Virus record (IMG/VR): IMGVR_UViG_3300026488_000021
Coordinates: 1 to 64,000 of that record
Direction: 5' to 3' (one strand)
Length of the DNA stretch: 64,000 nt
Origin: a virus
Each line of letters opens with the position of its first letter. Positions within the stretch are counted from its first letter, which is position 1. The translations under genes were made by a program, and so were the position numbers. A model generated the notes under the pieces. That model made no database searches. It had not been told where the DNA came from and saw only the letters and a list, made by a program, of their open reading frames with translations. Of the stretch, positions 12,474 to 26,172 are shown one piece after another.

Positions 12474-13559
12474 ATGAGAAAAGCATTAATTAAAGCTTTA
12501 GAGGCTATAAAGAAAACTATATATAAACTAATAGATATTATTTTTAAAAAAGTTGAAGATGAGATGCCTGATGACTTATGAGCTAGATGGTATGGACCTA
12601 TGGAAGCAGATCCTAGAGACTTTAAAGTAGAGAATATTTTATGAAAGATAGATAAAAGCAAAATTAAGGATAATGTTGATTTACTTAAAGAAGCTGATAA
12701 TAAACTAGTACCAGTATATCAATGATGTGTTCCAAGTTGTACTGCTAGTGCTTTAACTAATTATATTACTTTACAGGAAGCCATTGAAAGAAATAAAAAA
12801 CTGGATTTTAAAGTAGAGATAGATTGAATTAAAGGTGCTAAAAGATTACGGAGTGAAATGGGACACAAATGGGTTTGTAAATGAGAACACGGTGATTATT
12901 TGGAACACGCATTAAAGTTAGTAAGGCATAATAAATTACTTGCTGAGATAACTTATTACAATCCGTTAAGCATTAAAGACGAATACTTATGAATTACAGG
13001 ATACGCTTATGCTAATGCTACAGCAGATAATATGAAATACTGGTTGAGTATGTGATATCCATTATACTTTGCCTTCAGAGGGAATAAGAATACTCGGACT
13101 GAGATGGCTTTATGAGAGATTAAAACTTACAACTTTACTCCTACTGGTTGACACGCAGTAACAGCTTATTGATATGATGAAGATTACTTGTATTTCATAA
13201 ATAGTTGGGAACCTAATGACTGAACTAAATATGAATGAGAATATGCAGTATTTAAAATAAAGTGGGGCTGATTAATGGAGATGGTTAGAAAATGATTAGC
13301 TAATTGGAGATTCTGGATTGTATACAATGTTGATGATAATTTAGATTCTTACAAAAGAAAAATGTTTGTGGATTATAAGATTAACGGAGAAACTGAACAA
13401 GGACAAGCTGTGAAATACTTTACCGAGAAAAAGATTATTAAGTGAGTTCCTAAGGAAGATTGAAGACGGCTTGAACCAAATAGACCTGTTACTAGACTAG
13501 AATTAATAGTTATTTTATATAGGTTCTTGAAAACTATAATTAATCAGGACAAGAGTTAA
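12474..13559 (+). CDS. Papain-like (C1) cysteine peptidase with C-terminal SLH domain
   Basis: DPRDF, catalytic QGCVPSCT (Gln/Cys), GGHAV (His), INSW (Asn); C-terminal IIKGVP..DG..LEPNRPVTRLELIVILYRF is SLH-like. Confidence 0.82.
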
Positions 13560-13573
13560 TCTCTTGTTTTTTT
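13549..13573 (+). terminator. Intrinsic terminator
   Basis: ACAAGAG-TTAAT-CTCTTGT followed by a T run. Confidence 0.7.
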
Positions 13574-13621
13574 AATTAAATTAAATATATTTTTTTTAGT
13601 TTATAATTTTATAAAATATGA

Positions 13622-16600
13622 ATGACTTGGTACAATCCACTAACTTGGTTTGATAATGAAACAAATAGTACAGAACAACAAAATAAAAAGGTACTAGATA
13701 CATTATTGGATTCACCGGAGTATAATGAATGATTTTTGAATTGGATAAATAACAGGATTGCAGATGTTACAAAACATATTCCAGTGTTAGATGAATATGC
13801 AAAAACTACCGCTGCTGAGAATATAGCGGAACAATTTGAGAAAGCTACTCAGCAGTTACCAGAAGTATTTAAAGCAAATAATATTACAGCTTATGATGTA
13901 TATAAATATTTAAATAATAAGCTAGATGATAAAGAATTAGAAAACAAAATTAAATGACTTGCTACACAATATGACATTTCTAAATTTAAAAATATAGTTC
14001 CAAATGCAGAAGAAAAATTAAAGCAAATGTGATATAAATGAGATATTATTGCAAAACTTTCCCCTGAAAAAATTATCTCTGAATATACAAAAGAACTTAC
14101 ACAATGAACAATATGAAAACAATTATCTGATTTAACTAACAAATGAGTAATAACAAAAAAAGAAGCTAATAATACGATGAATATAATGAAAGATTATATA
14201 AAAAGGCTAGCAGAAATAGATCTATCTATGAAGAAAAGTTTTTGAGATAGAACACCAGAAAAACTTAAATCTTGACTTAGAAATGTTCGTAATCTTATTA
14301 ACACATATTTGACAGCAGTTGTAGATAAGTTAAAAGAATATTGATGAGATTTTGAAAAAGTATCTAATGATGATGAATTAAATCAACTAGCATCACAAAT
14401 AGAAGATTGATTAAATTCTCTTAGGACACTATCTTCTTTACAAGGTATAGCAGATAAAGAATCAGTATTAGGGAAAATTAAAAGTTGAGCTTGAACTATT
14501 ATGTGATTTTTAAATACAGCAGTTCAGAAATGAGAGGAGTGATGGGCAGAACTGGTAAATGCTATTACTCCATATCATGTTGAATGGGGGAATAATTTAC
14601 AAGAAAGAATAGATCTTGCAGACAATAAATCAACACTTTACGATAAAGTAATGCAATGAGTTTGAAATACTATTGCTGACTTAGTTCCTTGAACTGTTTC
14701 AACAATTTTATGAATATGATGAGTATCGAAAGTAGCGGGAGCTACTGAAAAGATAAGCCCATTGTTATCTAAAACAATAAATGTTTTATGAACTAATGAA
14801 GCAATTAACTGAATTTTTAATCATTATTTTGATCCTGCACAAACTAGATTGACACAACAAACTGATATGTTATTCGATATTGCTGGTGAAGCTATAATGA
14901 ATCCTGCTTTATCTCTTATTTGACAGACAGGTAAGAAAATTTTAGGGTTAACAGAAAAAGATGCGTTAAAGAAATATTTAGATGATACAGAATTTATTAT
15001 TAAAGATAAAGATTGAAAACAAGTAAAAGTTAAATGAAATGAAGTATTTAAGAATTTATGAGATATAGAAGAATTTGCAAAGGCTAAATGAATAAGTGAT
15101 TATAACGCAATTAAAGATTTGTTTCAAAAATATATAGCTAAGCTTGATGAGTTGAATAAGAAAAAAAGTTGATTATTCAGCCCATTAGTTAAAATAACAA
15201 AGAAAGCAGTGTTAGAGGACATTAATAATTATCTTAAAAAAACTAATAGTAATCCAGTATTGTCCAAGGTACTTGATACTGTTATTAAAACTAATAACAG
15301 TAAAGCAATTGATAAAGTTTTTGATTATGTTAGTCAATCTGCAAAAGAATGGAGTGAGAGTGTTGATAAATATTTAAAAACTGCAAACAATTTAAGTGAT
15401 ATTAAAAACTTTTTAACACACTTAGACTTAAAGAAAACATTTTTGAAAAAAGTTTCTAATGACTTATCTGTCAAGAATTGAGACGTGATTAAGATAGCAA
15501 ATACTAATCCTATTCCAAAAGATTATGATTTTAAATTAAAGTATAATTTAAAAGAAGGAACGTTAGAAGATGATACATTCAGTAAAGTAATGTGAGATGC
15601 TGTTGAGTATGCTTATAAGAAATTTAATTGAAAACCTGTATCGTATGATGAATTTGTGGATACAATAGTATGATATTTCAAAAATGTATGAGAGGTAAGT
15701 AAACTTCCTAGGACATATCAAGATCTAATTAATAGGGTTGTAAAACAGTTGATAAAATGGAAAAAGGATAATGTATTAAGTTGAACTAAGATTCAATTAT
15801 TTAAAAATAAAAAATGAGCATTATGATTAACTGATAATACAAAAGATATTGTTAAAGTGAATACATTAAAAGAACTATACTGAAATAATCCTGAAAACTT
15901 TTTTATAGTATTATTCCACGAGCTAACACATAGAAAATGAGAAAACTTTTTTAGAAAAGTTACAGGTGAAAAAGTAACAAAGAGATTAGATGATATTTAT
16001 GAAAAAGCAGTTGCTGGGGTAAAGCAGTTAATACAAATAGCAGAGTGAGAACAAAAAAAAGATTTAGAGAAATTATTGAAAACAATTCTACAAAGTAAGG
16101 AAGAGTTTCTTGCTTATGTTATTTGAGAAATGATAGTAAGGTGAAATAAAAGCGATATCTTAGACAGATTATTGAAACAGTTATCTGATTTATGAATAGA
16201 TATAAAACAAGATGAACTTAATCTTTTTAAAGAAGCTATAAAGAAATATATTTCAAAAAGATTTTTCGTTGATAATCCAGATAAAGTAAATTGAGTATTA
16301 AAATTTGCTGCTAATATTGGTTTAATTATTAATAAATGATATAAAACTATAAAAAATTATTTTACAAATTTTGTAAAATTTAGAGATATCAAAGAACTAG
16401 AAAAAGCTATTGATATAATGACTGAAAAAGAATTTAATGATTTTGTAAGAAATATATTTGGTAGTAAATATCTAGCTTATAAGAATAAATACTGAATACC
16501 GGATAAGGATTTTAGAGAACTTGTTAGATTACAATTAAAATTATGATTATGATGAGAAAATGGATTAAAAGCTGCTGCTGTTTGGAATTATATTGATGAT

Positions 16601-17569
16601 TTAGTAACAGCATCAGTTAAAAAGAATTCTATACCAGATATTCCAGATTACTTCAAGAAATTATTTGATAATGATAGTCTATCAAAAATAGAACAACTAA
16701 GAGAGTTAGCTATTAAATATTATAATGAATGATTAAATGTAACAAATATAGCAAAAGAATTATGAAAAACAAAATTGTGAAAAACAGCAACGGAAGCACT
16801 TGCATTTATGTTAAAATCCCTTGCTGATGGGAAAATTGATAATATCACACTAAATACTGCTGCTTATTTGTGGAGTAGAGTTGTAGGAGACGATGTGTTA
16901 AAAACAATAAAAGCAAAGGAAGATTATTTATCAAAAGCTTTAAATTATATTACTAAAAAACTTTGAATAAAGAAATGAGATGATTCAATAAAATGATTAT
17001 TACAAAGTATGTGATATGATATAGATAATAGGTATATCAACAAATTTAAGAACACAAACTTTGATATTTGAATATGATTAAAAAACTGATGGATTACTAA
17101 AATAGCTAACATTGATAAGAATAAAGCAGAGGCATTAATTAAGGCTAATTATTATAGATTTAATCCTATTGTTGCTAGAAATTTAAATAAATGATTAGTT
17201 AAACAATATCCAGAACTTGCAAATCTAGATGAGAGGTTGTATACACAAGCTTTAAAGAACTATCAGTATGTTAAAAAGATCCCTATCCCTGTATGAACAA
17301 GAAAATATCCAGGAATAGAAAATAGGTTTTTAGCACCTTTGGTTGAAAAAGATGGTAAAAACATTATAGTAACAACAGATGACTGAGTAAAATATATATA
17401 TGATGAAAAGACCTGAAATATGATAAAACAGAACATTCCAGCAACAGAAATAATAAAACAGGAATATGAAAGTAATAGGTATTTAAAAATTAAGGATACT
17501 ATTGATTACTTAATTAGTGATGAAAAGTATGCAATGTTTAAAAATTTCAAAAAGGCTTTAAATTGTTAA
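13622..17569 (+). CDS. Giant protein A (~1315 aa), putative internal virion/ejection protein with zincin HExxH motif
   Basis: Start, track ORFs 13736 and 15209 and the stop share one frame with TGA=Gly (spot-checked, not every codon); FIVLFHELTH...EEFLAY near 15.9-16.1 kb. Confidence 0.65.
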
Positions 17570-17578
17570 GAATAATAA

Positions 17579-20500
17579 ATGGTTTGTGTTGATATTAAGA
17601 AATATATGTGAGACTTGTTCCCTTACTACAAAAGATTATGAGAAATGTCTGAGGAAGAAATGCAGACATTTCTTTCTTTATTAGAAAAGAAATGATATAC
17701 ACTTGAAAGTTTTTTAGATGAAGTAAGTAAAAAATTCCCAGAAACAAAAGACTATAATGATTATGTAGCTAAATGATATGAGATGTCTAAGATGATGAAG
17801 TCTAATATGTATGCATATATAAATAAAAATATTAAGAAGAATATGGTAGAAAATACAAAAAAGATGATAGAAAAAATAATAAATGAAAAAGATAAGATAA
17901 AAAGAGAACAATATATAAAGGAGCTTCAAAAAAATATTAAAAGGTGAGATGATGTCGCAAATTTATTTGATGAACTTGTAACAGATATTTCATTAAGTAA
18001 AGAAGAAAAACAGGAACTTACTAAGTTGTTTTATTGAGATACTGAATTAGAAAAATTATTACAAGATAAAGATATAAGATGATTGCAAAATTATTATAAA
18101 AATCTAGACAAAAAAGCTGCACAATATGATTTGGAGAATGCTGATGCTGCTCTAACCACATTAAACAGTCATACATATTTCCTAGAAAAAGTAAAAGATA
18201 AAATATTTTTTGCAGATAAAACTACGGTTGAAAGGAATACAAAAAGAATTTATAAAGATTGATTTAGAGATTTTTCTAATTTATATGATATCCGGAATGA
18301 AAGTAAATTTAAATATTGAGATATCCTAAACCAATTAAGAAAAGAGAATAAGACAGAAGAGTATAATATCTCTGAAATACTAAACCAGATAAATCAACAA
18401 AGATGAACAAATTATAAATTTGTATGATTTGTTAATAAAGATACTGCTCTTTTACAGGATTCTGAATGAAATGTTTTTGTAGTAAATACCTGAATGTTCC
18501 AACAAGATATCGATACAATCATAAATTACTTTTCTGCTGATATCGGTTGAGAATATTGAATGAAAGATTTTACACATGCAAAAGAAATAACAAAAAACAA
18601 ATTTTGAGAAGATATTGCTAACAATATTTCAGATGTAGAAAAAGTTGCATATATAGAAGAACAATATAAAGAATTAAAAAAGAGATTCGATGAGTGAAAA
18701 TTGTGAGACTTAACAAAAGAGGAGGTTCAAGAACTTATCAGTTGATTAGAGAAAGAAGCAGATAGTTTGATAGAAGATAACCTAATAAGATATACTGAAT
18801 TAGTTCATAAGTTTCCTGAGTATATAACTGGGAAGTTAGAACATAGATTTTGAGAAAATGTATTATCTACATTTTGAATTAATAGTTATTTAGTAAATTT
18901 ATTGTCTAACATTGAATTAATTGAAGAATATTCACCTGAATTAGCTACTATGATTAAGAAAATTTTAAGGGTTAATGAAACAAAAGTAAAGGATTTACAG
19001 ATAGATTTATTAAAAAAATTAAACACTTTAATTACAGAAAATCCTAAAATTGTAGATGAAATAGAGCAATACGAACCTATGATGGTAGTATTAGATACAT
19101 TACAAAAGAGAATAAAAAACTTAGAAACAGATAAATGAATAAAATTAGAGGATGAGTTTTATATGTATTATCAAAAAGAATTATTAAATTTAGATAATTA
19201 TGAAGATAAACTGATAAAATTTAAGAATTACATAAACCAATATTTAGAGAATATTGGTAAATGAGATTATAAGATTACAGATGAACAAATTATGGTTCAG
19301 AGGAATTTGTTCGAAAGGAGTAAAAATGCATTTTCAAAAGAATGATATGTTTGATATGCGTTCTTAAAATACTGAATTGATACTTCTATTAGAGTCCCAT
19401 TTAAATATAAAATTAAAACTGACTTACAGGTAATAACAAGAGAATTTGTAAAAGCTTATCCAAAGTTGGATGAAAATATATTATATGATAAGATAATAGA
19501 TATTTTTTCTAAAAACAAAAACTTAATTGTATGATTTAATAATCTTAGATCAACATTTGAACCTTTTGATAAAGCATACCAAGAATCTGTTTGAAGCCAA
19601 TATAGTTTGATAGATATATTACTACAAAAAGCTTGAATGAATGAAAACAATATTAAGAGAATCAAAGGGGATTTATATTGAAAATCAGTATTTTGAGATA
19701 ATAAATGGTATGAAGTAATTTGAATAATTAGAGACATTTATTATAAAACTTCTATGACATTATTTGGTGGTAAAGGTTTATCTATTGCTTTCCAGAACTT
19801 ATATACAATTCCTGAATCATTATCATTATATCAAATAAAAAATCCTTGACAATATAAGGAATTCTTAAATATATTAAATGAATTAAATAATCAAAAAATA
19901 AAAAAGAAATTAGAACAAGAAATATTCTCGCCATTAGAAAATGAGATTATAAAATATTCTGAAAATAACAAACTTACTTGGGATATTAGGATAGCAAATA
20001 AATTCAATTTATGGTTATACAAAATTCTTAAAAAATTTAATTTAAATAGTTTAGCTGATGCTGTATTAAACAAGAAACTTGTTCAGCAATTGAATTGAGT
20101 TATATTTAATCCTGCTGGTGTGGTAGATGAATTAGCTAAAAAAACTTTTGTTAAAGACAAAATATTTGACTATGTTCTTAACGATGCTTGAATTGATATG
20201 AATGAATTGAAATTATTAGTTGATAAAGCTAACAAATGAGATTTAGAAGCATTAGCTACAATTAATAAACTAATAGATGATGCGAATGAAAAAGCTTTGG
20301 TAGAATATACAAGATTGTATAAAGTTGCTTATCATGCAGGTTTAACTAGGAATTCGTTTTCTAGACATATCTTCTTAAATATATTCTCTTCTTGGTGAAG
20401 TAAAAAATTTGCGTCATATATGACAGACATATTTATTACACCTATTAGAGATGCTGCTACAATTTATAGAATAACTTGAAGTACAAAAGCAGCAACAGCT

Positions 20501-22492
20501 AGTTTATTTTCATCACTAGTTAAATCAAAAAGATTACAAGCAATTCTAAAACAATTATATATGGCTTCATTTTTAATATACAATATCCATAAAGATACAG
20601 AAGTTGACTGAGATGAAGTAAAAGCTATAAAAGAAGCACTAATCCCATTCCAAGCATTTCAATCGTTTGTTTTAACAAGAGCTATTGGTAAAGCTATTGA
20701 CTACTGACTTATAGCATACAAAGATGATGCTGATTTTTGAAAAACATTGTTATGGACTTTACACTGATTTTGACAAGCAGTATTTAGTAATTTTATGAAA
20801 GATGTAAAATACTTTTGACAATTAGTGTGACAACCAGCTATATATTTAGCTATGTGAAAAGATGACCAAGCTATTTACACATTCTTTTATAATCTTGTAA
20901 ATGCAGCAAATACTACATTATCGTATAATATGTTTGATCAATATAAATGAGTATATACAACAAGATTTGATAGTAAAACTAGATTGTGATTGTTAGAATG
21001 AGCCTTATGATTTCCATTAACAAAATGGTGAGAAGAGAAATGGGATCTTGTAAATGAGAACAAATATAAAGAGTTTTTAAAGAAATGAATGTCTAGTATA
21101 GTAAAGGATTATAAATTATCATTTTTATGAAGTTATTACGCAGCCAGTTATTCATATAAGTTTACTAAGCTATGACAACAATTAGATAGTGATGTTGACT
21201 TTAAAATAATGAAAGAAACTTGAGAAATTCCTGATAGTTTATTAGAAGATGATAAGAGTATAAATAAATTGTATAACTTTATAACAAAATCTGATTACTT
21301 ACAATGATGGAATCTGGAATGATGAACAACTGAATGGCAGTGAAAATTGTGATTAATATTTAATGAGCTACAAGAAAAATGATATGACCTAAATAAACTT
21401 ATTGTAATAGTTAATTCTAGTTTAATTAAGTGAGATACACAGACAGCATTAAAATTGCTAGCTTGATTAGACACAAAAGCAGGTGCAACTATGATTACAG
21501 CATATATGGCGCAAAAGGAATACCAATCATTAGTAAATAATTTAAAAACATCTTTGTGAGTTAAGAAAATATCTGATATACCACAAGACACATTAAGACA
21601 AATAAAAGTAAATATTATTAAAAAATACCTTCCTGTATTAGAATGATTAGATAAGCATTTACACTCAAAAGTATCATGATACTACATACAAAAAACATAT
21701 TGAGATAATAAAGACTTATATACAAATGATATTAAAAAAGATATGGAATTAGAGTTATTTGCAGAACTAATAGATTTACAAAAAACAGATTTTAATAATC
21801 AATTATTTACTAGTATCCCTGCTAAGTTATTGAGAGATACTGATAAAGAAAACTTCCAACCTATGTTAGATAGACTTTGGAATTTAATAGATAATTTATG
21901 AGTATCATCTACTACAAAGACTATTGCTAAAACTGCATTGTTATATGCAAATTTAAATAAGGTTAAGGATTTATTATTATCTAATCCAGATAAATATTGA
22001 CCTTACGTAAATAAACTTGCTGATTTAATTTGGGAAACAGACAAGAGAATTCAAGCTAATCCGGAAATATTAGAATGATTATTTTCAAACAATACAAAGG
22101 TAAAACCAAATAGATTTGGATTAGTAGATACAAAACCTGCTAAATTAGCTAGGCATATAAAGAAAGAGATTTCTAAACTAAAAGAGTTAACTTTAAAACT
22201 ACCGACATATAAACCAAAAGCATTCTCAAAAATTAAATATTCGGTATACAATCCTAAAACTTTAAAAACTAATATTAAAATAGATGCAAATAAAATCTGA
22301 ATTAGAAGAGAAAAATTGAAACCAATCAACCCAGGACAACTTAGAACTGAAATCCTTAGAACAAGAGAAAAATATATTAAAGCCAAAAGAGCTAGGAAAC
22401 CTAAAACAAAACCTGTTGGAAAAACATACAAGAAGACAAAACCAAATAAAGCAACTAGAACAAAAATTAAACCAAGTAGGGTTAACAGATAA
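17579..22492 (+). CDS. Giant protein B (~1637 aa), putative internal virion/ejection protein
   Basis: Start, track ORF 18902 and the stop share one frame (spot-checked); helical composition, hydrophobic stretch near 20.5-20.9 kb, very basic K/R/P-rich C-terminal ~120 aa. Confidence 0.62.
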
Positions 22493-22961
22493 TTTTACCT
22501 TTAAAAAATTAAAAGATCAAATATTTAATTCTATCAGGATAGCTCCTAATTGAGAAGCTATTCCTGATTTTCCTAATATGCTATCAGCAATTAAAATACG
22601 GAAAATCCTTAGATGATACCAAAAAAAAGGTCTAACTCTCGAAGACCTTTTATGATTGACTGATGAATTATCTAATAAGGCAAAAGTTCACATTTTATTA
22701 GATGAAATTTGATTAACCGATGAGGCTGTATTTGAACAATTAAAATATATTATGGAGAATGCTTATTTTGTTGTAAAAACTGAGGACTGATATGTAAAAG
22801 CTCCTGAAAATAAAACCATAAATATGGCTGTAAGAGAATATAGTCTGTTAAAAGATTACATCGAAGATGATACTATGAATGCTTTAAATTTGTTTAAAGT
22901 AGATAATCACAGATTACAAATAATCTTTTGAGATGAATTATCTCTTCCAGATTACCATTAG
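22416..22961 (+). CDS. Hypothetical protein with internal duplication (TerS-like module suspected)
   Basis: TTG start; two similar halves, L..VGLTD..F..LK...N...G.A.P and L..IGLTD..F..LK...N...G...AP. Confidence 0.45.
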
Positions 22962-23262
22962 GCTTCATCTGATAAAGGGATGAAGCTTTTTCTTTTTTAA
23001 AATAAACTAAAACAAAAGCATTTGGATACAATTCTTTTAGGTTACCTATTTGATGTTCTTTTAATAGTCTCTTAATATTTGTTTTTGAGGTTGGTGCTAC
23101 TTTCAATTCTACTGCTTTTATGTTTCATTTATATGATATAAATGTATCAAAGGGTTTTCTAACATTTCAAATATCTGGAATTTTATAAATCCATCATCAC
23201 ATTTGTCTTATTAGTTTAGTAAAAACAGCTTGAAAATCTTTTTCTTTTTCTATTGAAATCAT
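22894..23262 (-). CDS. PD-(D/E)xK nuclease, Holliday-junction resolvase/VRR-NUC-like
   Basis: EKDFQ...GGWIYKIPD...KPFD...AVELK...LKEHQIGNL. Confidence 0.8.
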
Positions 23263-23312
23263 TGATAAGTTTGTTATAAAATTTAAAGATATTTATTCCT
23301 TATAATAAAGAT

Positions 23313-23684
23313 ATGAAATACAATATTCAAGATTTAATTAAGAAAGCTGTATCATTAGAAAAAAGAATGATTGACAATAATAATAAACAAGCACTTATAG
23401 ATTATCTTAATTTGTTTACTCAGATAAAAACTATTGTTGAGGATTTAAGAGTTACTATGTTTACTGATTTCTTAGAGAATAATTGATTACAACAATTCTC
23501 AATGTTAAGAACTGACGATAATATCGCTACTGTTATTATTGCAGAATGAAGACCAAAAGAAATTGTAGATGCTGCTAAGAATTTTAGAAGATGTAAAATT
23601 TTGTTAGCAAGAATGCATAAGTTTATAGATGCATTACCAGATAGTTATTTAAAAGTAAATATAACAGATTTAGAAGTAAAATAG
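23313..23684 (+). CDS. Hypothetical protein
   Basis: 123-aa open frame. Confidence 0.55.
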
Positions 23685-23688
23685 TATA

Positions 23689-24192
23689 ATGCCAAAAACT
23701 TTAACAAAAGTGAAGAGAGAGATTATTGTTTTGAATAATGTTACCCATAAAGAAGAAATTATAAATCAATGATGAGTAACAAAATTTTTACAATTAGATG
23801 ACACTCCAAATTCTTTTTCTTGACAAGCTTGAAAAGTTGTAGTTGTTAAAGACACAGAAGATTGATTAGAATTTTCTTCTGCTAGCAATGTGAAAGAGTT
23901 GTGAGATTTAGAAGATGTGGATTTAACTTGAATACAAGATAAATTTATTTTAAAATATGATGCTAGTAGTTGAACTTGGAAAGTATCAGAGGATAAATCT
24001 GATAAATATTATGAACAAGAATTTACTGATGCTACTAGTGTAGATGTACCTCACAACCTTTGAAAGTATCCTTGTGTGATTATAATGGATACAACCTGAA
24101 TGGCTTTACAATGAGATATTCAATATGTAGATTTAAATAATGTGAAAATTTATTTTAACGAAGCGACTAGCGGGAAAGTAGTGTGTAATTAA
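23689..24192 (+). CDS. Virion fibre/decoration protein
   Basis: LDDTPNSFSGQAGK and LGDLEDV repeat modules; C-terminal HNLGKYP.V...D..G....GDIQY.D.N.V.I.F...SG domain. Confidence 0.7.
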
Positions 24193-24246
24193 TCTTGCCT
24201 GTGTAATAGTCACAGGCAGAATGTTTTATATCTTATAGTTATAGAA

Positions 24247-25257
24247 ATGGCAAGAAAATTCTTAGTTGATTTAGATCTAAACCAAAACCAGTTATTGAAC
24301 GGTGTTATTCATAAAGGAACATCTGAGCCAACATCAGCAGTTGAAGGACAAATTTTTTTCAATACATCGGAAGATAAGCTTAAAATTTATGATGGCTCTG
24401 CTTGGATTGTATTACAAGATAATGCTAGTGCATTATTATCAGATTTAAATGATACAGATATCCAATCTGTTGCAGATGCGCAAGTATTAATTTATAATTC
24501 ATCTACTGGTAAGTGGGAAAATAAAACTTTATCAGGGGATATATCAGTAGATAATACAGGAGCTGTTACAATTAATGATGGTGCGGTTCAATTTGATGAT
24601 ATTGATAGTAATGCCATCTCATCTGACTTAGCAAATGATGCTAGTTCTACAAAAGTAGCGAGAGCGGATGCTGTTAAGTCTTATGTTGATAACGCTGTTG
24701 CAACTACTGATGCATTCACACTTAAAGGTGAGATTGATGCTAGTACAAATCCAGATTATCCTGCTGCTGATGCTGGTGATGCTTATGTAATTAGTGTTGC
24801 TGGTAAAGTTGGTTGAACTAATGGTACACCTGTGGAAGTAGGTGATATGATTATCTGTAAGCAAGATGGAACTGCTAGTTGAGACGAGGCAACAGTAGGT
24901 GATAAGTGGATTAAGATACAAAGAAACACTGATTACGCTACAACTGATGTAATGGGTCTTGTTAAATTAGCTACACAAGCAGAAGCAGAAGCTAAATCTG
25001 ATACTCAAAAAGTAGTAACACCTGCTACATTAGTAAACTATACAAAAAGGTTTTCACAAGCATTTGGTAATACAACTGATACAAGTTATACAATTACACA
25101 TAACCTAGATAATAAGTTTGTAGTTGCTAAGGTTTATGATAGCTCAACAGGAGCAGAAGTTGAAACAGATATTACTTTGATTGATAATAATTCTTTAAGA
25201 GTAGATGTCTCAACAGCACCAGGCGATAATGCATTGACAATTGCTATAATTGGATAA
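24247..25257 (+). CDS. Virion fibre protein
   Basis: Track ORFs 24247 and 24952 join through TGA (336 aa); GLVKLATQAEA...VVTPATL fibre repeat, C-terminal ITHNL domain. Confidence 0.75.
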
Positions 25258-25265
25258 TAATTTAT

Positions 25266-25288
25266 AGGGGAGGTTTCTTCCTCCCTTT
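25266..25288 (+). terminator. Hairpin/terminator
   Basis: AGGGGAGG-TTTCTT-CCTCCCCT. Confidence 0.55.
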
Positions 25289-25324
25289 GAATTGTTGAAT
25301 ACTTTAATTGAATAATTCAAATTG

Positions 25325-25528
25325 ATGAAGAAACTTAACCCTATTGAGCTAAAAAAAATACAATCAACTGCACAAGCCGATAATTGATATGTAAAACTTT
25401 ATATAAAAGATGATGGAAATCTATATATACAAGACGAGAATTGAAATGAAAAGATGTTAGCTGTAAATGGAGAATTAGTTGATCTAAACACTAAGAAATA
25501 TATGTGGCTTATGAGTTTAAATAATTAA
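25325..25528 (+). CDS. Small structural/fibre-associated protein
   Basis: 67 aa; GYVKLYIKDDGNLYIQDENG beta-hairpin module. Confidence 0.55.
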
Positions 25529-25536
25529 TAACTAAG

Positions 25537-26172
25537 ATGAAACCAATTGTTTTAGAAAATTGATATTCATTAGTAGCTTCACTGTGAGAAGCTACAAATA
25601 GTAGCAATGTAAATTATTGTATATCATACAGTATAAGTTGAACTAGTTTTGAAGAAAAGATAGCTGTATGATGATTATCTAATACTAGCGATACTACACT
25701 ATTAGACAATCAAACTACAGATAAATATGTTATAGCTAACATATCGTTTTATAATGAAGACGATATTCAACATACTATTTATCTAAAAATTAATGATTGA
25801 ACTAATACATATACAATCGAAAAATATTGAATAAGTAATTGAGATAGTACCTGATGAGACTGAGCTTGAAACTGAGTAGATGAAAAGGTAAAAGCTGATA
25901 GTTGAGATCCTATTGCTTGATACTTGTCTGATAAAGTAGATTGAAATACTATTGAAGTTGATAGTAATAATCATAATATTAAAGTAGCACAAGCATATGA
26001 CGCTATATTAGTACATAAAAATTGAGATGAAACTATATGATGAAATAAGATATTTAGTAATAACCTAGAAATAAGCAATCCTTGATGATGACTTGTTCTT
26101 ACAGATAGTAATGGGAATAGGTATTTATTAAAAGTAGATGATAATGGAGATTTAGAACTTAATAGTCTATAA
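25537..26172 (+). CDS. Fibre-like structural protein
   Basis: DEKVKADSGD...GYLSDKVDG and VHKNGDETIGGNKIF fibre motifs. Confidence 0.65.

Noticed and set aside
20595-20620. EVDGD in giant protein B as a virion RNA polymerase DxDGD motif
   Set aside because: Lacks the first Asp and the surrounding NADFDGD-like context.
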